From contig JAGROB010000054.1 in the NCBI GenBank assembly GCA_020440465.1, positions 1 to 43,550 on the forward strand: a stretch of DNA of 43,550 nt. The letters run 5' to 3'. Both the position numbers and the translations under genes were made by a program. Each line of letters opens with the position of its first letter. Position 1 is the stretch's first letter. The DNA is from Chlamydiia bacterium (lineage in GTDB: Bacteria; Chlamydiota; Chlamydiia; Chlamydiales; Parachlamydiaceae). Of the stretch, positions 7,679 to 15,196 are shown one piece after another. The notes under the pieces were generated by a model. It searched no databases. It was not told where the DNA came from and saw only the letters and a list, made by a program, of their open reading frames with translations.

Positions 7679-8731
7679 TCACCCAAAGTTCATCGCGTAC
7701 TGAAAAGCCTCTTTTGCTTCTGGACTTTTCGTTTCATCAATCGATTCTAAAATCTCCATTTCTTCGAAGCCAAATTTTTTTAAGCTCCGGGCAGCGCCGA
7801 TTTTTACTTTCCAAACGGGATCTTCGATGAGCGCTTTTTTGAGACGTTCGGTAGTCTCATTCGAGTATTGATATTGCATGCCATACGCCGCTTCCTCTCG
7901 TATTTTCCAGTCGGGATCATCCATTTGCTTCAGCAAAACGGAACGGGAATTTTTCTGTGGATTTCTGGCATGCACTTTTGTGGCATAGTAACGAAGATCT
8001 TCGTCATCGGCTGCAAGACAATCGTCTAATAGCCGTGTAGTCAGCTGAAAACTATTTCCCGACAAAAGATCTAAACAGGCAATTTTCGTAAATCGTTTCG
8101 TTTCCCTTAGTCCGAATTCCTCAATCCACTCTAAAACCTCCCTCGATTTCATTTTAAGCAGCATGTCTCTAAAATAATAGTGAGCATAGCCTGGCTCATC
8201 GCTCATATGCTCTATCATTTTATAGACAGCTTCCGGGCTTTTTAAGTTTTTTAGTGCCCGTGCCGCCTGGCATCGAACTAAAAATTCGGGATCGTCTAAA
8301 AGTTTTAAAAGATCTTCAAGGTCGTATTTTAAAGGGGCCAAAACAAAACACCTGGCGGCAAAATTTCGATTCATCCACGATGGGTGATTGACAAGTTGCC
8401 GGGCTTTCGGCAACAAAAAACTTATCGCGATATCTGCCCGAAGCTCAAGCCATTCTTCCCCGCTAAACCTTTCGGAAAAGTGCTCCAAAACCTTTAAAAG
8501 AGTTACTTTTCCGGCATAGGGCTTTAAAAGCTGAAGATTTTGGCTGCCCGGCTCCATCACTTCGTTTACTATTAGATCGGAAATAAATCGTTTGGCTTCT
8601 TTTCTTTTTCGATCCAGCACATAGCGCGTAAAACCATGCGTTACCATCCCTGAAAAAAGGAGGAAAAATACCGTGACCAAAAAGATAAAGATGACCCACG
8701 CTAAGCTGATGATCGCATGCTGAAAAAACAC
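7679..8731 (-). CDS. Membrane-anchored HEAT-repeat protein
   Basis: GTG start 4 nt after the receiver gene stop. N-terminal TM helix (ISLAWVIFIFLVTVFFLLF). At least 4 HEAT/PBS-lyase-like repeats: DPEFLVRCQAARALKNL, DDEDLRYYATKV, DDPDWKIREEAAYGM, EDPVWKVKIGAARSLKKFG. Confidence 0.75.
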   Translation of the reverse strand: MFFQHAIISLAWVIFIFLVTVFFLLFSGMVTHGFTRYVLDRKRKEAKRFISDLIVNEVMEPGSQNLQLLKPYAGKVTLLKVLEHFSERFSGEEWLELRADIAISFLLPKARQLVNHPSWMNRNFAARCFVLAPLKYDLEDLLKLLDDPEFLVRCQAARALKNLKSPEAVYKMIEHMSDEPGYAHYYFRDMLLKMKSREVLEWIEEFGLRETKRFTKIACLDLLSGNSFQLTTRLLDDCLAADDEDLRYYATKVHARNPQKNSRSVLLKQMDDPDWKIREEAAYGMQYQYSNETTERLKKALIEDPVWKVKIGAARSLKKFGFEEMEILESIDETKSPEAKEAFQYAMNFG

Positions 8732-8735
8732 GGGG

Positions 8736-9128
8736 TTATTCTCTCTCCTGTTTAACTAAGGAGAGTGCTTTATTCACTAAAATCTGCAGGTTAAACGGCT
8801 TGCCGATATAATCTACAGCCCCCGTCCTTAAACCGGTTAGCACTTCTCTGTCTGAGGATAAAACCGAAAGCACAAGACAGGGCATATGATGCTCTTTTTC
8901 TCCCCACAACTTCAAAATTTCGATTCCATCCATGTCGGGCAAAATTCGGTCCAAAATTAAAAGATTCACATCCCTGTAGCGGCTCTCTTCAAACAGGTAT
9001 TTTTTTGCCGCCGCTCCCGTGTGAATACAGGTGACTTCAAATCCCCGGGACTCTAAAGCTCTTTTAATAAGCGCGGTTAAATCTTCATCGTCGTCAACAA
9101 CAACAATGTGTTCTTTTTTATCATTCAT
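8736..9128 (-). CDS. Stand-alone response-regulator receiver (CheY-like), no output domain
   Basis: 130 aa. VVVDDDED, LLILDRILPDMDG, LVLSV, YIGKPF. Confidence 0.9.
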   Translation of the reverse strand: MNDKKEHIVVVDDDEDLTALIKRALESRGFEVTCIHTGAAAKKYLFEESRYRDVNLLILDRILPDMDGIEILKLWGEKEHHMPCLVLSVLSSDREVLTGLRTGAVDYIGKPFNLQILVNKALSLVKQERE

Positions 9129-9420
9129 GCCTTAAAAAACTCTCCTGAAGTTGGTCTAGAGAACGTTTTAACTCATCGAGTTTTTTTTGAGGTAGCTCAA
9201 GTTTCAAAGTCTCTTCCATTGTTCTTAAAATTTTGGATAGCTCAGGGTAGCCGTAGGTTCCCGCACTTCCTGCAAACTTATGGATCTCGATATAAAGCGC
9301 TTTATATGCCGTCTCCGTGGGGTCTATACCATAAGCATTTAGAAGCCCTCTAATCGTTTCGATTTTTCCGGGAATCTTCTCTTTATATAACTCTTTTAAA
9401 TCAGCGGGTATCTCTTCCAT
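9121..9420 (-). CDS. Histidine phosphotransfer (Hpt) protein
   Basis: 99 aa, predicted helical. Hpt signature IHKFAGSAGTYGY (HxxKGxxxxxG). The start ATG directly abuts the TAG stop of the upstream porin gene. Confidence 0.8.
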   Translation of the reverse strand: MEEIPADLKELYKEKIPGKIETIRGLLNAYGIDPTETAYKALYIEIHKFAGSAGTYGYPELSKILRTMEETLKLELPQKKLDELKRSLDQLQESFLRHE

Positions 9421-11445
9421 CTAAAACCTTAAATCTGCCTGGGCTCTTACACTCCAGACGGTATAGTCAAGGGTGTCTTTGTAGTAGGTTCCTGTCGTAA
9501 AAATATCAAAACAGGACGTTGGGTTATACCCCAGCGTCCAGAAAAATTGGTGAATCTGCCACGACTCCGTCACGATCGGAAACAAGATCGGTAGCGGAAT
9601 CACAACGATCTGGTTGCCGGGGTCTCTTCCCCTTGTCGTTCTTAGGCCATACCAGTATTCAAGATTGCACCGTAAACCATTTAACCAGCGTTTATTAAAG
9701 TGCGCCATAAACCAATGCGTTGCTTGATAATCGAAAGAATAATAGCCGAACGTCTCTTCTTTAAACTGGCGATATGAAAAATAATATCCCAAAGAAAAAT
9801 TTTCCGTATATTTGGGAATCCCCATCTCCAGCCAGCCCCAAAAGGCTTGCTCTTGGTTACTTATCGGATCATTATAAAAGATCCACGTCGCGCTTGCCCC
9901 GTAAAAACGGTTAGGGCCGAAGGTGTATTGATAATTTAAAAAGGGAGCCTCTCGGGTGAATACTTTCGTTTTTTGCTGAAAATAGTCACGGTAGATCCAA
10001 CCGTCGGTAATCACCCCCAAAAATAACCTTTGGGTGTCAGTTTGATACTTCCAAACGACTGAAGGCTCGATCAAAAGCTTTTCCTCGATCGGCAAAACGG
10101 CATGACTATCCAGATCCGTCGCGTATTCGATGGTCAAATCGGCCTGTGTCGACCACTCAGGGCTATTAAACCACTCCCCGCGAACGACTCCCCCATCTAA
10201 GCGCAAGTCAAACTGGTTTCTTCCCGAAATCAAGTATCTTTGACGCACCTGATTCGAGCGCCCTTTTAGCGTTACACGAAAACGGTCGTGGACGGGGTAA
10301 GTGACACCGGCTTCGGCGTTAATGTAACGTATCGAGGCCACCCATCTATCTAAAAACTGACTTTTTTCCCGTTCTTCCCCGTAGCCTCCAATGACAAAAG
10401 CTGTTGGACGGGTGTGGCTGTAGGTATCAAATAAAGCGGCTCGATAGCCCCGTTCATCACAGGTTAAAGATCTGCCGTACCGAAAAGCCCTTGCCGCTTG
10501 TGTGTAGCGCCGATCTTTGGCAAGCAGCGCCCCCATCATTTTCCATGCGGGCTCTCTTGTGGGCTCAAGCTCCAAAAAAGTCCAGAGTGTCTTTTCTGCC
10601 CTGCAATCATCGCCAAGCTTCTGATACGCCCGAGCCAGGCCATAATATGCTTCGGCATAGTCGGGGTTAAGGCGCAAAACTTCTTCATAAAGTGCCTTTC
10701 CCAAGCAGTATTGTTTTACGATCAGATACTGACCCGCAAGGAGCAAAAGCGCGTCTTGGTGATCGGGCTTAATCTCAAGCGCTCTTTCAAACGCCTCAAT
10801 CGCAGCACAAGGGCACTCCATTCTGCGGTAGTTATCCCCCAGACGAAACCAAAGATCGGCATTATCGGGCTCCTCTTCGATGAGGGGCTCTAAGATTTGG
10901 ATAGCGGAAGTATTATCCCCGGCCTCTCTTAGAGCTTTTTCCTCTTTTAGAAGCGGCTCGAAAGGATGCGGTTTTTCAGGTTCAGGTTCAGGTTCAGGTT
11001 CAGGCTCCGGCACGGGAAGAGGCGCTTTTAGACTAAGCGCCTCATACATTAGGCTATACGCCAAAAGGACTTTAATGTCGGGATTATCGGGGTCGGCTTT
11101 CATCGCTCGCCGAAATAAGGGCGTTGCGAGCGAAAAAAGTTGGTTTCGGTAGTAAATCCTTCCTAATTGATAAAGATAGATTGCTTCTTGGGGATATTGA
11201 TCGACAAGATGCTCGAGCAGCTCCACGCCCTTCCATTTTGCTTTTTTTGGTTTTAAGACGGAGGGCTCTATCTCATTCGCTTTAATTTTAGCAATTTTTT
11301 CAAGTCCTTTGATTGCATCGGGGTAGCCGGGAGCCTCGATTAAAGCTTCTTCAAAAAGCAGCTCGCTTTCGTCCAACTCCAACGCACTAAGGCTTAAGAA
11401 AAATGACGAAATAAAAATAATCAAAAAAAGTCTTTGGCGTCCCAT
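9421..11445 (-). CDS. Secreted TPR-repeat protein with a C-terminal beta-barrel (PgaA/BcsC/PelB-like polysaccharide export porin candidate)
   Basis: Signal-peptide-like N-terminus MGRQRLFLIIFISSFFLSLSALE from the ATG at 11445. TPR-type repeats (e.g. AIEAFERALEIKPDHQDALLLLAGQY, YEEVLRLNPDYAEAYYGLARAY). The C-terminal ~325 aa is rich in alternating, aromatic beta-strand patterns and ends ...VRAQADLRF, an OMP-type terminal Phe. The ORF-track start at 11589 overlaps the mutS start and precedes the signal peptide, so it was rejected. Confidence 0.7.
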   Translation of the reverse strand: MGRQRLFLIIFISSFFLSLSALELDESELLFEEALIEAPGYPDAIKGLEKIAKIKANEIEPSVLKPKKAKWKGVELLEHLVDQYPQEAIYLYQLGRIYYRNQLFSLATPLFRRAMKADPDNPDIKVLLAYSLMYEALSLKAPLPVPEPEPEPEPEPEKPHPFEPLLKEEKALREAGDNTSAIQILEPLIEEEPDNADLWFRLGDNYRRMECPCAAIEAFERALEIKPDHQDALLLLAGQYLIVKQYCLGKALYEEVLRLNPDYAEAYYGLARAYQKLGDDCRAEKTLWTFLELEPTREPAWKMMGALLAKDRRYTQAARAFRYGRSLTCDERGYRAALFDTYSHTRPTAFVIGGYGEEREKSQFLDRWVASIRYINAEAGVTYPVHDRFRVTLKGRSNQVRQRYLISGRNQFDLRLDGGVVRGEWFNSPEWSTQADLTIEYATDLDSHAVLPIEEKLLIEPSVVWKYQTDTQRLFLGVITDGWIYRDYFQQKTKVFTREAPFLNYQYTFGPNRFYGASATWIFYNDPISNQEQAFWGWLEMGIPKYTENFSLGYYFSYRQFKEETFGYYSFDYQATHWFMAHFNKRWLNGLRCNLEYWYGLRTTRGRDPGNQIVVIPLPILFPIVTESWQIHQFFWTLGYNPTSCFDIFTTGTYYKDTLDYTVWSVRAQADLRF
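10975..11010. repeat. Hexanucleotide tandem repeat (TTCAGG x5 plus 1 degenerate unit) encoding (PE)6 in the porin gene
   Basis: Direct reading gives ttcagg at 10975, 10981, 10987, 10993 and 10999, then ctccgg. On the minus strand this translates as PEPEPEPEPEPE. Confidence 0.9.
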
Positions 11446-11496
11446 CCTTAACGGCACGTTACCAGAGACAAGATAATTCCAACACTCTTTTCGACT

Positions 11497-11533
11497 TTTT
11501 ACCACCGAGATTGAAGCCGGGGTTGTGGTAAAA
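11497..11533. promoter_or_regulatory. 9-bp inverted repeat (TTTTACCAC N19 GTGGTAAAA) in the divergent intergenic region between the porin operon and mutS
   Basis: Seen directly in the 117-bp divergent intergenic region 11446..11562. The function (operator or hairpin) is not known. Confidence 0.3.
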
Positions 11534-11562
11534 GAATACGTCATTATGCTAAATTTTCCCCT

Positions 11563-14037
11563 ATGACAAAGACACCGATGATGATGCAATGGGCTGAATG
11601 TAAAGAAAAAGCCCCCGATGCCCTCTTACTTTTTCGCTTGGGCGATTTTTACGAAGCGTTTGAAGACGATGCCATCGCTCTTGCCAAAGCCCTCGATATC
11701 ACACTCACTAAGCGGCAGGAAACCCCCATGGCGGGCATCCCCTTCCATGCCGCGGAAGGCTACCTCGATACCCTTATGACTAAGGGCTTTAAAGTCGCCA
11801 TCGCCGAGCAAACCGAATCGGCTTCCGAATCAAAAGGGCTTGTGAAGCGCGAAATCGTTAAAATCTTAAGCCCGGCGACCTCTCCCAACTTAAAACAAGC
11901 ATCTGAAAACAACTTTTTTATCGCCTTTATCCTCCATCAGAATAGCTACGGTCTTGCCGCTTTGGATCTTACGACGGGAGAGTTTAAAGCGACTCAGTTC
12001 GAAGATAAATCGCTTTTTTTATCCGAGGTCTTTTCTCTAAAACCGAGTGAAATCTTAACTTCTCACCCCTTTTATCAAAAAGAGACTTCGCTTATTGAAG
12101 AGATCCGGCGCTCCCACGCTCCCCTCATCACCCCCGTTGAGCCGTGGCATTTCGAGCAAAACTTAGCGATCGGCCATCTGACTACACATTTTAACGTCTT
12201 CAGCTTAGACGGCTTCGGGCTTAAAGATCAAACCGCCGCCGCCATGGCCGCGGGCGCTCTTTTAGCCCATGTACAAGAAACCCTTTCCCACTCCGTCACG
12301 CACATTCGGGAGCTTAACACCTGGCAGCCGAAGGACTTTTTACAAATCGACCGAACGACGCTTGAAAATTTGGAACTGACCCAGTCGTTAAAAGATCAAA
12401 GCCGAAGCAATACCTTGCTCGAAACCCTAGACACCACCAAAACCCCCATGGGAGGGCGTCTTTTGGTCAACTGGGTAAAGCGCCCCTTGATTTCTGTCGA
12501 TAAAATCCGCATGAGGCAAGCGGCCGTTAAAGCGATGCTTCCCTTTACCGCAGCTATTAAAGCTAAACTCGAGCCGATTCGAGATTTAGAGCGTCTTTTG
12601 ATGAAAATCTCATCCAATATCGCCTCTCCCAAAGATTTAGCGGCACTAAATATCTCTTTAAAGCAGATCGAGCCGCTGAAAGAGACGATTAGACCCCTTG
12701 ACTCCTCCCTTATCGCCATCTTGGAAGAAGAGCTCACTCCCCTTAAAACGCTTACGGACGAGCTTTCAAAAGCTCTTGTTGACGATCCCCCTTTTCGCCT
12801 TTCCGACGGGGGCGTCTTTCAAGCGGGCTACCATCCGGAGCTGGATGAGCTTTTAGATTTGGCTTCAGGCTCCAAAACCTGGCTTGCCAACTATCAAGCG
12901 GAGCTGAAAGAAACAACGGGGCTTAAGACGCTTAAAGTGGGCTACACCAAAGCGTTTGGATTTTATATCGAAGTGAGTCGGGGCCAGTCGGATAAAGTTC
13001 CCGATACCTTTCACCGCCGTCAAACGCTTACCAACAACGAGCGATTCATTACACCGGAGCTTAAAAGCCATGAAGAGAAAATCCTTCATGCCGAAGCGAA
13101 GATTCAGGCTTTAGAAGCGGAACTCTTCAAACGGCTGAAAGAAAAAATCTTGGAAGAAACCGACGCGATCTACCACAATGCTCATGCGATTGGCCACTTA
13201 GACGCGCTTCAGAGCTTAGCTTACGCCGCTTCGAAGTGGGGATGGGTCATGCCCGAAATCGAAGAGAGCGACGCGCTTTCGATCAAGGCGGGTCGCCATC
13301 CCGTGATCGAAGCGAAAGGCTCAGAGCCATTTATCCCGAACGATACCGATATCGACGGCAAAGAAACCCGTTTAATGATGCTTACAGGCCCCAACATGGC
13401 GGGAAAGTCGACGTATATCCGTCAAAACGCCTTGATCGTTATTTTGGCTCAAATGGGTGCATTCGTTCCGGCGGAATCGGCTCAAATCGGGCTTGTCGAC
13501 AAGCTTTTCACAAGAATAGGCGCTTCCGACGATTTGACTCGCGGCCATTCCACATTCATGGTGGAGATGACGGAGGCCGCCAATATTTTAAACAACGCCA
13601 CAGACCGCTCCCTTGTGATTCTGGATGAAATCGGTCGGGGCACGAGCACTTACGACGGGATCGCAATCGCTTGGTCCGTTGCGGAGTACTTATTGACAGA
13701 GCAGGGAAGACGCCCCAAGACACTTTTCGCGACCCACTTTTGGGAGCTGACGAAGCTGGAAAAAGAGGGCAAGGGCGCAAAAAACTTCACCGTCGCCGTT
13801 CATGAAAAAGAGGGGGAAATCCGTTTTCTAAGAAAGATTATCCCCGGCTCCACCGACAAAAGCTACGGCATTCATGTCGCGAAGCTCGCTGGACTGCCCG
13901 AGGGGATGATCTTAAGGGCTCAAGAAATCTTGCACCATCTGGAAGAGACTTCCGGAAGGGATAAAATCTTTGAACCCCCTAAGCGAAAAAAGGTTAAGAA
14001 AAAAGAAGCCAACGAGCACCAACTTGTGCTATTCTAG
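11563..14037 (+). CDS. mutS: DNA mismatch repair protein MutS
   Basis: 824 aa. N-terminal TPMMMQW...FRLGDFYEAF, Walker A GPNMAGKST, DEIGRGTSTYDG. Confidence 0.97.
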   Translation: MTKTPMMMQWAECKEKAPDALLLFRLGDFYEAFEDDAIALAKALDITLTKRQETPMAGIPFHAAEGYLDTLMTKGFKVAIAEQTESASESKGLVKREIVKILSPATSPNLKQASENNFFIAFILHQNSYGLAALDLTTGEFKATQFEDKSLFLSEVFSLKPSEILTSHPFYQKETSLIEEIRRSHAPLITPVEPWHFEQNLAIGHLTTHFNVFSLDGFGLKDQTAAAMAAGALLAHVQETLSHSVTHIRELNTWQPKDFLQIDRTTLENLELTQSLKDQSRSNTLLETLDTTKTPMGGRLLVNWVKRPLISVDKIRMRQAAVKAMLPFTAAIKAKLEPIRDLERLLMKISSNIASPKDLAALNISLKQIEPLKETIRPLDSSLIAILEEELTPLKTLTDELSKALVDDPPFRLSDGGVFQAGYHPELDELLDLASGSKTWLANYQAELKETTGLKTLKVGYTKAFGFYIEVSRGQSDKVPDTFHRRQTLTNNERFITPELKSHEEKILHAEAKIQALEAELFKRLKEKILEETDAIYHNAHAIGHLDALQSLAYAASKWGWVMPEIEESDALSIKAGRHPVIEAKGSEPFIPNDTDIDGKETRLMMLTGPNMAGKSTYIRQNALIVILAQMGAFVPAESAQIGLVDKLFTRIGASDDLTRGHSTFMVEMTEAANILNNATDRSLVILDEIGRGTSTYDGIAIAWSVAEYLLTEQGRRPKTLFATHFWELTKLEKEGKGAKNFTVAVHEKEGEIRFLRKIIPGSTDKSYGIHVAKLAGLPEGMILRAQEILHHLEETSGRDKIFEPPKRKKVKKKEANEHQLVLF

Positions 14038-14045
14038 TTCGTACT

Positions 14046-14726
14046 ATGTTGAACAACTGCACGCTTTACGCCTATCACCATACGGGAAGTTTAGTCCTTC
14101 AGTTTGTTCTCAACGACTTTTTGATGGCTTTAGAAGAAGCCTCTTTTATCGAGTCGTTCACCCGGAACGAGACGGACTCCAACCGGTTTTACCATCAGCT
14201 CACTTGCTATCTAATTAAGCTGGCCGGATCGGAGCAAGAGTACAAGCGGATTTTTTCCTGGATTGTCGACGCCGGGGTTTTAACTAAACTTAAGACCAAC
14301 TCCGATTTACTTTCCGAAAAAGGGGAAAAATCGGATAACGACTATATGGAATTGCATAACTGCGCGCATAAAACCTGGCTCTATTGCTTAAACGCCGTCG
14401 ATCAGCTTCGCGATGTCGAGCGAGCACAAGGCTCCATTACCGATTTAAAAGAGGGCGTTGAAAAAGCGATCACCTCTCTTCATAAGTTGAAGCCCTTGAT
14501 CGAAAAAATTATCCCAAAGTTTGCGCAAGATGAGAACGTGATTTATTTTATCCTGCGCCACCATGAAAGCTTTGATCGCCATATGGGCTCCGGCTGGACC
14601 CGAAAACTTTTGTCGCGCCTTTACCCCGAAGGGATCTTTGATTTCATGAAGGAGCGGTATGAAACGCGGGGCTTTTTTGAGCATATCCCCCGCATTAAGC
14701 TTAAGATAGAGGAGCTGGCTTTATGA
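14046..14726 (+). CDS. Hypothetical protein
   Basis: 226-aa ORF starting 9 nt after mutS. No motif recognised. 4-nt overlap with the next ORF. Confidence 0.55.
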   Translation: MLNNCTLYAYHHTGSLVLQFVLNDFLMALEEASFIESFTRNETDSNRFYHQLTCYLIKLAGSEQEYKRIFSWIVDAGVLTKLKTNSDLLSEKGEKSDNDYMELHNCAHKTWLYCLNAVDQLRDVERAQGSITDLKEGVEKAITSLHKLKPLIEKIIPKFAQDENVIYFILRHHESFDRHMGSGWTRKLLSRLYPEGIFDFMKERYETRGFFEHIPRIKLKIEELAL

Positions 14727-15196
14727 CAGAGGCTTCCAAGGAAGAGCTTTTAGAGATCACCTCCAGCTTAAAACTTACCCTTACCGAGACCTTCGACCGA
14801 TCCTTAAGAGTCCCCATTGATTTTAAAGAGATCGAGGCATTTCATAAAAAAGAGTTTCCCAACTACCCCTTAGAGACACCCCAAAAAGGCACTGATATCT
14901 GCTTAGTCTCTTTTGGCGAGTCGGACGCTTACAAACCCTTTTTCAAAATGCTTAAATCAGCCCTTGAAATGACGTTTAATACCGATGTCGTAATCACCCA
15001 CAAAACGGATTGGCAATCGGCTAAATTAGTGATTGCTTGCGAAGCCGATCCTAAAACGCTTTCCGATTTAAAAGATGTTCCCCACCTTATTTTGTCCAAC
15101 CTTACTGACTATCAAAAAGAGCCCCAACAAAAACGCGCCTTCTGGAAAGCCTTATGCCAGGAAATTGTCCGCCTGAAATTGCCGAAGTCCTGTTAG
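14723..15196 (+). CDS. Hypothetical protein
   Basis: 157-aa ORF coupled to the preceding ORF by an ATGA overlap, and overlapping the priA start by 43 nt. No motif recognised. Confidence 0.55.
   Translation: MTEASKEELLEITSSLKLTLTETFDRSLRVPIDFKEIEAFHKKEFPNYPLETPQKGTDICLVSFGESDAYKPFFKMLKSALEMTFNTDVVITHKTDWQSAKLVIACEADPKTLSDLKDVPHLILSNLTDYQKEPQQKRAFWKALCQEIVRLKLPKSC

Noticed and set aside
10404-11152. Three plus-strand ORFs, including one containing a GSGSGSGSGS run
   Set aside because: They are antisense to the TPR-porin gene. The GS run is simply the reverse-strand reading of the (PE)6 hexanucleotide repeat.
11446-11589. N-terminal 48-codon extension of the TPR-porin ORF (MHHHRCLCHR...)
   Set aside because: It precedes an obvious signal peptide and would overlap the divergent mutS start. 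The ATG at 11445 is the sensible start.
13236-13628. 130-aa Arg-rich plus-strand ORF inside mutS
   Set aside because: It is an alternate frame of the mutS ATPase region, with extreme Arg/Gly bias and no support.
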